A DNA stretch of 52,253 nt, from the NCBI GenBank assembly GCA_021736745.1, contig JAIPFG010000001.1, forward strand, positions 1 through 52,253. The letters are read 5' to 3'. Positions within the stretch are counted from its first letter, which is position 1; each line of letters begins with the position of its first letter. The notes under the pieces were generated by a model, which was given only the letters and a program-made list of their open reading frames with translations, had not been told where the DNA came from and did not search any database. The DNA is from Pseudomonadales bacterium. GTDB lineage: Bacteria; Pseudomonadota; Gammaproteobacteria; Pseudomonadales; IMCC2047. Both the position numbers and the translations under genes were made by a program. Shown here one piece after another: positions 8,198-18,040 of this stretch.

Positions 8198-10753
8198 TTA
8201 TTCTTCCCGCAACGATTGGGCGATCGCCAAGCTTGCAGCGTGTTTTGCGGGATAGACGCCAGCCAATAACGATGCGAATACAGCCAAGGCAACGCCTTCA
8301 AACAAAATATTCAGCGAGAGGTGATGCCCCATGCTCCAGCCAAATGAACGGAGATTAATGACATCGATCAGCAGCATCGACATCAGATATCCCAGTGGAA
8401 TCGCTAATATCCCGGCAAACAATCCCATCATGCCGGTTTGTAAATAGATAATGCGTTTGACCTCCTGCGGCGTGGCACCGGTAGCACGTAACAAAGCAAA
8501 CTCGGCGGTGCGTTCTAGCTGAAGCGCCATTAGGGCACTGAGTGTGCCGACGAAAGCAACCAGTACGGATAACAGGCGCAAAACATGGGTGATGGTAAAG
8601 GTGCGATCAAAAATAGCCAGCGATGATTTCTTGATTTCAGCATTATCGGTTATTCGTAACTTGGCTTGGGGTAATGTTACATTTTCAGGTTTAAGGCTAT
8701 GACGACGGCTCAATTGCTTAATTTGATCGACTAAGGCGAGGGAGTCTACGCCCTGATCTCGGTAGATACCCAGAGCGGATATGGAATTGTCTTGCCAGAG
8801 TTTTTGATAAAGGGGTAGCGGCATCAGAATCAGACCATGGCTGGAAGTATAGTCGTAAAAAATACCCAACACAGTAAATGACATGTTCCCCTGCTCATTG
8901 CGCAGAGTCAGTTGATCGTTGATGCTCAGTTCATGGTGAAAAGCCAGGGGTTCCGAAATCAGTACCCCCTTGCCAGAAAAGAAATCGGCACGTACCGGCC
9001 CGGGATCACTTCCCTTCAAATTAAAGCCACGGGTATTGGCTGCGTTGTTGGAAATTGCCATCAAGCGCATTGGCCCCCACTGGCTCTCCACTTTGGTCAT
9101 TCGGTTTAGCCATACTGAGGATACCCCCGGTTGATGTTCAACATCCTGAATGAGTCCCTTGGGTATTCCTGCATCGGTACGATGACTCATGCGCCCGGGA
9201 AGGCTGATATAGATATCGCTGTTAAGTGATTGATCGAGCCAGTCGGCGACTGAATATCTAAAGCTGTTGATCATGATGCCAACGCCAATTGTGGTGGCGA
9301 TGGCAATGGTGAGCGCCGCAATAGCCAATCCGGTACGGCTTAAACCGGCAGAAATGCTGCGTATGGCGATTCGAGCGATGGGGCCGCTGCGGTTCGTGGC
9401 GAGCAGTTTTTGTGCAATCTGTGCCAATTGTTTTACCCATTGCGGTGTAATCAGGCTGAAACCCAGAACAAGCAAAGCCAGAGCAATAAAACCGATCAGC
9501 AGACTGGATTTTGTACCATAGGCAAGGCCTAGCCCGAGTGCCACCAATAACAGGCCAGTAGTGGTCAGCAGAGGAAGATAGCGCTGTACACGTAACGGCA
9601 AGCTGGAGTGTTGCTGTACACTGACGGGTTGTGAGCGAGCGGCTTCCAGAGCAGGGAGGGCGGCGGCAATCAGACTGGCGAATAGCCCCAATAACAACCC
9701 CTTTAACAAAGACGCCGACGGGATAATAAACTGTGTTACCTCCAAACTGTAATAAAGGTCGTTGATTGTACGCGTAACCAGCTGTACCAAGCCTTGGCCT
9801 AACAGGATACCCAAGAGTAAACCAACAATAGCGCCAATTAATCCGAGCATAGCTGCTTCCGCTAATACGAGGAGGAAAAGTTGGTGACGCGTAGTCCCCA
9901 AAGCCCGCAAGGTACCCAGCGTTGCTCGCCGCTGTAATACCATGAAAGTCATCGTGTTATAGATAAGGAAACCGCCAACCAGCAAAGCCAGTAAACTCAT
10001 GGCGCTGAGGTTGGCATGAAATGCCTGAGTCATTTGGGTTAATGCCTGGTGGCGTGAACCTGTCTCAACCAACTCCAACGAGGATGGCAGAAGCATTTTA
10101 ACCCGCCTTACTTCGTCATCAGTTTTCAGGATCAGATTTATACGGTCAAGAAAGCCAATGCGGTTTAATAACTCCTGAGCGACGGCAATATCGGCGAGTA
10201 GTAGACCTTGTGCGGAGAGGGGGTGAGAGGCGGGAATCAGTTGAGTTATGTGTAACCGATAGTTGTGGTTGCCCTGCATGGCAATCAGTTGGTCGCCTGG
10301 TCTGACCTGCAAAATATCGGCCGTGGGTTGCGCTATGGCAATACTATTGGGCATTACCAGTAGTTCACGTCCTGCCTGTGCCGAGAGGTTAATGGCACTG
10401 GTGCGAAATTGTTGTTCGGCGAAGGGGTCGACGCCGAGCAGGGTATAGCTTTTTCCACTGATCAGTAATTGCCCGGAAACCATAGGGGCAATGTGACGAA
10501 TAGCATGTTGGGTACGCAATTCTGTGTAAAAGGATTCCGGAACACCCTGCGTGCCACCCACAATATAATGTGTAGAATTGCCGGTCACCATTTGCAGAGA
10601 CAGATCGAAGGATCGTTTGGCGCTGAGGTTGGCCAAGTCTACGGCCACAACGACCGACACGCCAAGGGCGATGCCGACGATCGTTAACCAACTTTGCCAG
10701 GGGTGACGGTTTAAGTAGCGAATGCTGGTACGTGCCAGCAGAGACATTACCAT
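8198..10753 (-). CDS. ABC transporter permease with duplicated FtsX domains (YbbP-like)
   Basis: 851 aa. Two 4-TM FtsX-like blocks are separated by large extracytoplasmic regions. It overlaps the ATPase gene by 7 nt. Confidence 0.9.
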   Translation of the reverse strand: MVMSLLARTSIRYLNRHPWQSWLTIVGIALGVSVVVAVDLANLSAKRSFDLSLQMVTGNSTHYIVGGTQGVPESFYTELRTQHAIRHIAPMVSGQLLISGKSYTLLGVDPFAEQQFRTSAINLSAQAGRELLVMPNSIAIAQPTADILQVRPGDQLIAMQGNHNYRLHITQLIPASHPLSAQGLLLADIAVAQELLNRIGFLDRINLILKTDDEVRRVKMLLPSSLELVETGSRHQALTQMTQAFHANLSAMSLLALLVGGFLIYNTMTFMVLQRRATLGTLRALGTTRHQLFLLVLAEAAMLGLIGAIVGLLLGILLGQGLVQLVTRTINDLYYSLEVTQFIIPSASLLKGLLLGLFASLIAAALPALEAARSQPVSVQQHSSLPLRVQRYLPLLTTTGLLLVALGLGLAYGTKSSLLIGFIALALLVLGFSLITPQWVKQLAQIAQKLLATNRSGPIARIAIRSISAGLSRTGLAIAALTIAIATTIGVGIMINSFRYSVADWLDQSLNSDIYISLPGRMSHRTDAGIPKGLIQDVEHQPGVSSVWLNRMTKVESQWGPMRLMAISNNAANTRGFNLKGSDPGPVRADFFSGKGVLISEPLAFHHELSINDQLTLRNEQGNMSFTVLGIFYDYTSSHGLILMPLPLYQKLWQDNSISALGIYRDQGVDSLALVDQIKQLSRRHSLKPENVTLPQAKLRITDNAEIKKSSLAIFDRTFTITHVLRLLSVLVAFVGTLSALMALQLERTAEFALLRATGATPQEVKRIIYLQTGMMGLFAGILAIPLGYLMSMLLIDVINLRSFGWSMGHHLSLNILFEGVALAVFASLLAGVYPAKHAASLAIAQSLREE

Positions 10754-11445
10754 GCGAAATCGCCTGCCCGTTCGGCCAGTTGGCCCTGTTCGAGGGTCAG
10801 GATCCGATTGGCACCCTGAGCAACCGCCTGACTATGGGTTACCAGAATCAGGGTAACACCCTCATGGGTCACCAGTCGGTTGAGTAATGCAATCACTTCG
10901 CGCCCGATTTGCGCATCGAGATTGCCTGTTGGTTCGTCCGCCAGTACCAGCGAGGGTTGGTGGGCCAGTGCACGGGCAATGGCAACACGCTGCTGCTCTC
11001 CTCCTGAGAGTTGATCGGGAAATCGTTTGGCGAGAAGAGATAAACCCACCTGATCCAGCAGGGAATCGACTCTCGTTTTGATATCCCGTGGCGCCCAGTG
11101 GTTTAATTCCAATGCAAGGGCAATATTTTCCGACACAGTCAAGGTTGGGACCAAATGGAAAAATTGGTAGATAACGCCGATATGCTGGCGTCGAAACAGG
11201 GTGAGTGCAGGCTCGCCCAAGCGGGTTATCTCCTGGTTATCGATCAGGATGCTACCATCGTTGGGTTTGTCGATGCCGCTGATGAGGTTGAGCAGGGTCG
11301 ATTTTCCTGAACCGCTGCGCCCCAGAAGAGCAACTGATTCCCCGGCTTGTACTTCGAGATTAACGCCATCGAGGATTAAACGAGTTTGATCACCCTCTTT
11401 AACCCGGTAGTGCAAAGCTCGAATTTTAACCAATGTTTGTGTCAT
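10747..11445 (-). CDS. ABC transporter ATP-binding protein (YbbA/LolD/MacB-type)
   Basis: Walker A GRSGSGKST, signature LSGGEQQRVAIARAL, Walker B LVLADEPTGNLD. Confidence 0.95.
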   Translation of the reverse strand: MTQTLVKIRALHYRVKEGDQTRLILDGVNLEVQAGESVALLGRSGSGKSTLLNLISGIDKPNDGSILIDNQEITRLGEPALTLFRRQHIGVIYQFFHLVPTLTVSENIALALELNHWAPRDIKTRVDSLLDQVGLSLLAKRFPDQLSGGEQQRVAIARALAHQPSLVLADEPTGNLDAQIGREVIALLNRLVTHEGVTLILVTHSQAVAQGANRILTLEQGQLAERAGDFAW

Positions 11446-11544
11446 TCGTTACGGCCCATTGTCATGCCAATTAATAGCCCTTCTATGATAACCCTCAATT
11501 TGGCATCACTGCATCTTCTGTGTCATGATTCCTGACCTTCTCAA

Positions 11545-12252
11545 GTGGACAGTGAGACATTGTTTAAACATTTATTTAAAACAGATCCAGTCGGTATCGA
11601 GTATCCGGGCTATCTGACAATCAGCCGCAGGAAAGTAAAGTGGGCAAGGCTCAAGGTCTATGCGAATGGTGATGTGCAGATGGTTGTTCCACAACATTAC
11701 CGTGAAAAGGATATTCATCAGTTTTATCAACACCGATTGCAATGGATAGCCGATAAACGCTCGATCTGTCAACGCGCACCACATGAAGCGCTGGGTATTC
11801 AGGAAGATCAGTTACTGCTCTTTGGGCAAGGTTATGACCTGCAACAGGTGGAACAGGAAAATGAAATCGTAGACCATGAGCGACAGCGTATTATCAGTCG
11901 CTTTGACCTGGGGCAAAGGGAAGCACAGGAAAAATGGTACAGGCCCATTGCAAAGAGATATCTGGCGCAGCGAATAGCTGAACTTGCCAATGTCAATGGC
12001 TACCATTTTAATCGGTTGTTTATTCGTGCACAGCGAACTCGGTGGGGGTCCTGTAGTTCGCAGAAAAATATCTCGTTAAACTGGAAACTTGTGAAGGCAC
12101 CCCGGTCGGTAAGTGATTATGTGATCTTACATGAATTGGCGCATACACGTGTGATGAATCATAGCCCCGCCTTCTGGCGTGAAGTCGAGCAACATGCACC
12201 GCATTATCGCGAAGCGAAAACTTGGTTAAATCTGTACGGTATTTTTCTTTAA
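11545..12252 (+). CDS. DUF45/YgjP-like (M48/SprT-like) zinc metallohydrolase
   Basis: TRWGSCSS...ISLNWKLV...DYVILHELAHTRVMNHSPAFW is the family signature. The GTG start is uncertain. Confidence 0.85.
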   Translation: MDSETLFKHLFKTDPVGIEYPGYLTISRRKVKWARLKVYANGDVQMVVPQHYREKDIHQFYQHRLQWIADKRSICQRAPHEALGIQEDQLLLFGQGYDLQQVEQENEIVDHERQRIISRFDLGQREAQEKWYRPIAKRYLAQRIAELANVNGYHFNRLFIRAQRTRWGSCSSQKNISLNWKLVKAPRSVSDYVILHELAHTRVMNHSPAFWREVEQHAPHYREAKTWLNLYGIFL

Positions 12253-12330
12253 CAGTTAAGAGGAAAAATAGAAGAGATCTTCTAGAATGAGTTTACAACG
12301 CGTGCCCTTTCTGGAAATAAACGTCAAGGA

Positions 12331-13479
12331 GTGAACTTGTTCCGGCTGATTAGAATTATTCTGTTGCTTGTTTTCCTTGTCATACTTCCCTTATCGGTAA
12401 AACTCTATTACTCAACTCCGCTGGAACGTGTCAGCTATCTGGCCTGGGTTCAGGAACGGCTGGACCTGCCATTGTCTGATTCAGTTAAAAGCGTTCGAAA
12501 AAAAATCGGGCTGGCAACAACGAAAAAGCAGACAGTTAATTACAGTCAAAGCACCGAAGGTTTTCAGCCGATCGCCAATTGCGGAAAAACTGATACTCTG
12601 CCAATTGAAAAGGAGAGCGGTAAAGTCTATCGTTGGGTCGATAGCCAAGGGCAAGTGCATTTCAGTGATGCCGCCCCAGGCGAATTGACGGGTTCACAGC
12701 AGCCATCCGTCTATTTTTCTAACGGCAAACGCTATTTTAAGTTGAAGATCATCGAGCAAACAACCTCTCTGCCTGCCTTTACCCGAGATAAGGTCAGCGC
12801 CGATGTACGCCAAATCTACGGTATCTTATCGCGCGACATGGCGTTGGATCATTTACGACAGGTTATGCTCAATATCAAAATTATCGGAAGCCAGGCGGCT
12901 TTCCAGGCTTACCGGGCTGAGGTTGCTCCGCGAATTGCCACCAATTCAGGATTTTATACCAGCAATAAAAATGAAGCGGTAGTATTTCAGGCCCCCAATG
13001 AACAGCGGATGTTGGCGGTGGTGCGCCACGAAGCGACACACGTGATTATCGCCGGTTTATATGGCTACTCTCCGGTTTGGTTTAATGAAGGTTTAGCGGA
13101 ATATTTTGAACACATGGAAATCACCGGGCAGCTTCGACTGATAGAGCCAGTGGCCTATCATCTGACGCACTTAAGACGCTTGCTTAAGGGTGGTCAGCTT
13201 ATGTCATTACGAGATTATGTACAGCTCAAACCGGATCAGTGGTATGGCGGTCATCTCGAGGATCATTATGCACAAGCCTGGGCATTGGTTTATTTTCTGA
13301 TGTCAGAAGAGACCGGTAAGCGTTTATTGCAGGAGATGATGGAGCAATTGGCTGAAAACTATTGCTGGCAATTTTCAACGGTTGACTTTATTGAGCAAAA
13401 CTACCCGGGAGGATTTGCCGTGTTGGAAGTCAATTGGCGGCGGTGGCTGGCGCGGGACCCTCAGTCACACCGCTACTAA
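12331..13479 (+). CDS. Membrane-anchored DUF4124-domain protein with a C-terminal HExxH...E (MA-clan-like) peptidase module
   Basis: N-terminal TM, DUF4124-like VYRWVDSQGQVHFSD, and VRHEATHVII...WFNEGLAEYFE. GTG start. Confidence 0.7.
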   Translation: MNLFRLIRIILLLVFLVILPLSVKLYYSTPLERVSYLAWVQERLDLPLSDSVKSVRKKIGLATTKKQTVNYSQSTEGFQPIANCGKTDTLPIEKESGKVYRWVDSQGQVHFSDAAPGELTGSQQPSVYFSNGKRYFKLKIIEQTTSLPAFTRDKVSADVRQIYGILSRDMALDHLRQVMLNIKIIGSQAAFQAYRAEVAPRIATNSGFYTSNKNEAVVFQAPNEQRMLAVVRHEATHVIIAGLYGYSPVWFNEGLAEYFEHMEITGQLRLIEPVAYHLTHLRRLLKGGQLMSLRDYVQLKPDQWYGGHLEDHYAQAWALVYFLMSEETGKRLLQEMMEQLAENYCWQFSTVDFIEQNYPGGFAVLEVNWRRWLARDPQSHRY

Positions 13480-13514
13480 GAGAGTAGGGGGTATTTTCAT
13501 TAATTGCCAGATGA

Positions 13515-14018
13515 TTAAATTTTTCTTGAATCATAGGCCCAGTGTAATAAAGCCTGGCGCTGTTTACGTCGGCAGTGATGGTCAAAAGGCTCGCAGTTTT
13601 TTCGAATGGCGCCCTCATGGCGGCGCATGGCTCTCCATCTTTTAATTTGGCGCTGGTCTTCTATTTCCAGGCGTCGACCCAGGTAATAGCGGCAATACCA
13701 TTGAAACCAACCGCGTGGGTCTCCTTCGTAAATCCAGCCCTTAATGATCCAAGTCTGTAGTGGTAAAGAGGCATCAACGCCAAAATAATTAAGTGACGGG
13801 TCTTTTTTTAGAGGTGACAATTTGGCCTGTTTAAACCAGCTGGAGGGGAACTCTTCAGTACAATCGGTCATGTATTTTCCACCGAAAACACCTAGCGCCA
13901 GCATTTCTTCCGGGCTGAGTTGTGGCTTAAATTCCGCATCGAAATTTTTACCTGTAGGCTCCGTCAGGTAATAAATATAGTTCTGCTGCATTCGGTCGCT
14001 CACAATAATCTTTTTCAT
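13515..14018 (-). CDS. Conserved hypothetical protein (167 aa), translationally coupled to ybgA-like gene
   Basis: Clean ORF. ATGA overlap with the upstream gene at 14015-18. It has a Trp/Arg-rich GWFQWYCRYYLGRR segment. I do not recognise the family. Confidence 0.65.
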   Translation of the reverse strand: MKKIIVSDRMQQNYIYYLTEPTGKNFDAEFKPQLSPEEMLALGVFGGKYMTDCTEEFPSSWFKQAKLSPLKKDPSLNYFGVDASLPLQTWIIKGWIYEGDPRGWFQWYCRYYLGRRLEIEDQRQIKRWRAMRRHEGAIRKNCEPFDHHCRRKQRQALLHWAYDSRKI

Positions 14019-14968
14019 AGCGGATTAAGCAGCATCAATTCAGCAGGATGCGGGTTCATATAATAGGAGTTTTCAATATATTCATTCGGACATTTGCGAA
14101 AATGATGTCGGAACAGAGTGATCGGAACGATTAACGGCAACAGGCCCTTTCGATACTGTTCGATGGTCTCGTTCAGTTCCTTTTTATCCTCCTTATCTAA
14201 GTCTCGCTTTAAATAGCCTTGGATGTGTTGTAACACATTGACATGGTTTTTTCGGGTCGCTGGTATTTTTAAAATGGACATTAGGCTAGTTAAATAACGG
14301 CGGCAGAATTCATTGATTTCCCATTGACTGATAGTGGAAACCATCTGGCCCAAACGACGATAGTGATTTTGGTCGTGGCTCATCAGGATCAGCTTGTGGC
14401 GGGCATGAAATTCGGTAATGGCTGAAACGCCCGCCTCCTGGGAGAGCAGTTGCTTCCAGCGCTGAAAGATAAAAACCCGTTGAATAAAGTTTTCACGCAG
14501 AACCGGATCGCCGAGCCGTCCTTCTTCTTCAACCGGTAAATGCGGAAAGTTGCGCATCATTTGTTGGGCATACAGTCCAACACCCGACTTTTGCGGTTGA
14601 TCGTTCCGGTAGACTTTTACCCTTTCCATACCACAGCTCGGTGAATCCTTCTTCAGGATATAACCGCAGAGCGAGTGTTGCCAGGATCTCTGTTCATCGG
14701 CACACTCAGTCAGTTTGGCGGTAACGTCCAGTGTTGTATCTTTTGTGCCGATACATCTTATTTTACCGGACTGTTCAACTAAGCGGATAGGCTCTCGTGG
14801 TATCCCGAGTCCGATCGAGACCTCGGGACAAAAGGGTCTGAAATCAAAATACTGCCCAAGAGTTTGTACGATATAACTATTGTTTTTATGGCCACCGTCA
14901 AAACGTACCTGTTCGCCCAGCAGACAGCTGCTAATACCGACCGGTATTTTACACAGATTGCTGGACAT
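14015..14968 (-). CDS. YbgA-type DUF523 (TudS-like) + DUF1722 fusion protein
   Basis: N-terminal SSCLLGEQVRFDGGHK plus PEVSIGLG matches DUF523. The C-terminal helical DUF1722-like half matches the E. coli YbgA architecture. Confidence 0.8.
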   Translation of the reverse strand: MSSNLCKIPVGISSCLLGEQVRFDGGHKNNSYIVQTLGQYFDFRPFCPEVSIGLGIPREPIRLVEQSGKIRCIGTKDTTLDVTAKLTECADEQRSWQHSLCGYILKKDSPSCGMERVKVYRNDQPQKSGVGLYAQQMMRNFPHLPVEEEGRLGDPVLRENFIQRVFIFQRWKQLLSQEAGVSAITEFHARHKLILMSHDQNHYRRLGQMVSTISQWEINEFCRRYLTSLMSILKIPATRKNHVNVLQHIQGYLKRDLDKEDKKELNETIEQYRKGLLPLIVPITLFRHHFRKCPNEYIENSYYMNPHPAELMLLNPL

Positions 14969-15002
14969 AAAATTAAGGCCTCGTAATAAAGGATAGCGAT
15001 GC

Positions 15003-15533
15003 TCAGACAGGCCACTTTCTTTTTGGCTTAGATGAGTCGAAAGCGTTAAGTTGTTTGAGTAGCTCAGCCCTATCCTGTTCCAATAAGAGGCTCGCCATAG
15101 GCAAGAAAATGTCTTCCTCTTTTTCGTGATGCTTCATCATCAAGTTTTCTAAGTGCGAAAGGCACTCACCCGCATGCTCTGAATCCCGGCTCTTTAACAC
15201 ATGAGTCATGTCCGTTACTTGCCGGACAATATTGTCGTGCTCATCCTTCAGTGCATTGGTGGGGCCATTGGGAATAGGAATTCTGGCGTCATAGGCAGGG
15301 TAAAGTACTTCCTCCTCCATCGCCATGTGTCCTTTCATATGCCAAATTAATTCCTCAAATGCTGCTTCTGCGGTCCCCCAGTCCTCCATGTCGACGGCGT
15401 CCTGACATTGGGAGAGTAATTCTTCGTACATCGAATGGTCATGTACCAGCCAGTTGTCAGTGCTTTGCATAAGGTTAATAGTCCGGCGAATATCGGTGAT
15501 TAAGAGAAAATTGGTTCGGTTTGAATAGCTCAC
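15003..15533 (-). CDS. Hemerythrin (HHE cation-binding) domain protein
   Basis: Repeated H/E ligand pattern: VHDHSMYEEL, HMAMEEEVLYP, DEHD, HHEKEEDIFLP. The start is GTG at 15533 or ATG at 15470. Confidence 0.8.
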   Translation of the reverse strand: MSYSNRTNFLLITDIRRTINLMQSTDNWLVHDHSMYEELLSQCQDAVDMEDWGTAEAAFEELIWHMKGHMAMEEEVLYPAYDARIPIPNGPTNALKDEHDNIVRQVTDMTHVLKSRDSEHAGECLSHLENLMMKHHEKEEDIFLPMASLLLEQDRAELLKQLNAFDSSKPKRKWPV

Positions 15534-15566
15534 CCATGACGGATGTTATTGATGGTGTCGGCATTA

Positions 15567-16175
15567 TCATAACTGTTTTGTCAGGCTAAAAGCGCCCCTT
15601 ATTTGCCCGAGGGAGTAACCCGTGGCTTGATCATTGGGGTAATACTCTTTGAGGGTCTTTTCTACCTCTTTGGCCAACTGCTGTCCATGGCAGGTTAGAC
15701 AAAGGGGTTCCACCCCCTGAGCTTGCATAAATCGATAGCGACCATTGACCAGTTCTGAAAAATTTATTTCGGCAGCTACCTCTCCCGTCTGTTGACGTTG
15801 ATTAAAGGTCTGCAACACTTTGGTTTCCCAAGTATCAGGCTGAGCCTCTTGATGACGGGGTTTCAGACTCACCCTTTTTACTTCCCAACCGGTTTCATGG
15901 CTTAGGGTGCGGGCAATATTCGGTGCTCTGGTAGCGCAAATTTCTATAGCTTGCAATGGCCCCCCTGTTTGTAACGCCTTCTTTAACTGTGGTTTTAGTG
16001 CACCGCTAAACTTTTGTACGATGATCATCGCCTCGGTGTGTAATTGAGTTGTATCTGATGCGACCGGTTGGGCGACTGAATAATGAGCTGGAATTAAGTG
16101 GATCATCAATAGAGCAAAGAGGAGAAAGCTAACTTTTTGCCATTGTTTGAATAAACGGGTTTTTGTCATTGGCAT
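15567..16175 (-). CDS. Secreted DUF3365 (Tll0287-like) c-type heme protein
   Basis: Signal peptide, a single CLTCHG heme c site, and a GYSLGQIRGAFS C-terminal motif typical of DUF3365. Confidence 0.8.
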   Translation of the reverse strand: MPMTKTRLFKQWQKVSFLLFALLMIHLIPAHYSVAQPVASDTTQLHTEAMIIVQKFSGALKPQLKKALQTGGPLQAIEICATRAPNIARTLSHETGWEVKRVSLKPRHQEAQPDTWETKVLQTFNQRQQTGEVAAEINFSELVNGRYRFMQAQGVEPLCLTCHGQQLAKEVEKTLKEYYPNDQATGYSLGQIRGAFSLTKQL

Positions 16176-16191
16176 TTTTCCTCTTTACTCC

Positions 16192-16896
16192 TCATTTATT
16201 CTGCTGGCAGTTCCTGCGCGTTGTCTTTAGGTAGCAGGGATGAACGTAACGATTATGCAATAATACATGTAAGTTAATCAGTGGTTCTACTGAATTGATA
16301 CAATCAGTGGCTTCCTTGTGGCTAAGGTGCCAGCCAAATCCCAGATAAATAAAACGCTGCCGAAGTGATGTCAATTGCTGAAGCGTTTGGTCAAGCCGGA
16401 AGAAGTCATATTTAGCGTTGGGTTGTATTTTGCTCAGGGCAATATCCCAGTCTATACCGGCACAACGAGGGAAAAGGCTTTTTTTCTTTTGTGCGTAGAG
16501 CGGATGTTCAGCCAGTAACTGATTGACCTTGGGAATTCCCCTCGCCTCGGCTAAGTCGCGCAGAAGACGGTCGAGTAACAGGTCCTGCAGGATAGCAAAA
16601 AAGATAACAATGGAAACGGGGTACTTGTCCGTTGCTTGGGCCGAAAAAGTATCAATGCTGACGAGGTTTTGTTTTGACTCATAAGCCCGCTGAATAAACT
16701 GAAGGGTGACCGAAAGCGAGTGCTCAAAATACATTACCTTTTGGGTGGGGTCAGCATCGCAAACGGAACAGTTTTGTTGGATATTATCAGGGCCGTTGCC
16801 AAAACGCTCCGGGTGATAAGTAATAAGGTGACAATGTTGACACCTAAGCCAGAGACTTAGCTTCATCCCTGCATTCATGTCGGTATTCGCCACCAT
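16192..16896 (-). CDS. Hypothetical protein with an N-terminal CxxC...CxxC zinc-ribbon-like motif
   Basis: 234 aa ORF packed between heme-protein genes (9 and 16 bp gaps). It has CQHC...CSVC near the N-terminus. I do not recognise the family. Confidence 0.6.
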   Translation of the reverse strand: MVANTDMNAGMKLSLWLRCQHCHLITYHPERFGNGPDNIQQNCSVCDADPTQKVMYFEHSLSVTLQFIQRAYESKQNLVSIDTFSAQATDKYPVSIVIFFAILQDLLLDRLLRDLAEARGIPKVNQLLAEHPLYAQKKKSLFPRCAGIDWDIALSKIQPNAKYDFFRLDQTLQQLTSLRQRFIYLGFGWHLSHKEATDCINSVEPLINLHVLLHNRYVHPCYLKTTRRNCQQNK

Positions 16897-16905
16897 ATGA
16901 CTGTT

Positions 16906-17385
16906 TTATTGTGGGGGTTGATTAAAACCGGTAAATCGGTGGGTTGCGAATTTTGAATGACAACCGGTGCAGGCTTCATTCATTTTGTAGCGATAATATT
17001 GAACCAACTCAAGGTCATGTGCTTTTGCGGCGGCAGATAACTTTCCCGCATAGCCATGAAAAGTTTTATCGTACTGCTTAAAAGCGGCCGGGAGGGATGA
17101 ATGCAGTTGTTGCATTTGTTCTTTGCTGAGAGCCTTTTTCATGATGAAGGTATTTTCGATGCTGGCCGCTAGTTTTTCAATGTCGAGCCATTGCGCCGAC
17201 ACGACCAGAAAGACTAAAGATTCCATCCCCTTTTTTAATTCATTCATTTCCTGTCGAACTAAGAGGCGAATATCGTCAGGCAATTGAATTTGATGAGAAT
17301 TGGGTTGGGAATGGTCGGCTAGATTTTCGGCAGTGACGGTGAAAGAAACAAAGTAAGCGAGCAGAAAGAGCAGAGGTTTCATCAA
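16906..17385 (-). CDS. Cytochrome c' (class II, four-helix-bundle) family protein
   Basis: Signal peptide, helical composition, about 140 aa mature size, and a single CTGCH heme site close to the C-terminus. Confidence 0.75.
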   Translation of the reverse strand: MMKPLLFLLAYFVSFTVTAENLADHSQPNSHQIQLPDDIRLLVRQEMNELKKGMESLVFLVVSAQWLDIEKLAASIENTFIMKKALSKEQMQQLHSSLPAAFKQYDKTFHGYAGKLSAAAKAHDLELVQYYRYKMNEACTGCHSKFATHRFTGFNQPPQ

Positions 17386-17405
17386 TTATTTACCTGTCAG
17401 TTAGG

Positions 17406-17981
17406 CTAAGGGTTGTTTGAATGTTGATTAGTTTTCAGCTTAGCAACCGCTTCGAGATAATGTGGGTGTGCCAACTGCCGGATTGTCGGGTCAGTGATTC
17501 TTTCATACATCCAGTCAAATTTGGCAATGACATCCTTAACGCCATGAGTTGCCATCAGATTTTCCATAAAATAGGCTAGATTATTTTCTAAAAAGCTTAA
17601 GCTATCCACATCCTTAATAAAATCTTGATCGCTATCGCCGCCAACTTCATGTGTTTCAATCAGCGATTTAATTCGTTGAATGAGTTTGGCCTGAATACCC
17701 TGTTGGTGTAGAAAAGCCCCGATCATTTCGGCGCCTCTACGTTGATGATAAACCAATGCGTCCTTGTTCTGAAAGGGGCTCTGCCTGAAGGGCCGGTTTG
17801 TTTCGGAGTTTGGCTCAGATCTTTCGATGTCATGGGCAACCGCCGCACAGCGTAGTGCTTCATCAATATGGGGTCTGAGTGTTCGCGCCCAGTATTCGGT
17901 TCTTTCCAGATGCTTGATCATCGCAGGCTGTGTGCGAAAAGCATTTAGAACGAATTGATGCACCAAGGGGTATAGAGACAT
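17406..17981 (-). CDS. HD-domain metal-dependent phosphohydrolase family protein
   Basis: H...AHDIERSE (HD dyad)...ETHEVGGD pattern. 191 aa. Confidence 0.65.
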   Translation of the reverse strand: MSLYPLVHQFVLNAFRTQPAMIKHLERTEYWARTLRPHIDEALRCAAVAHDIERSEPNSETNRPFRQSPFQNKDALVYHQRRGAEMIGAFLHQQGIQAKLIQRIKSLIETHEVGGDSDQDFIKDVDSLSFLENNLAYFMENLMATHGVKDVIAKFDWMYERITDPTIRQLAHPHYLEAVAKLKTNQHSNNP

Positions 17982-18040
17982 GTTAGGGTTTAGCCTAGGG
18001 TAATTGGTAGTGACTACTAGAAACGATGTAGGTCACTGAG

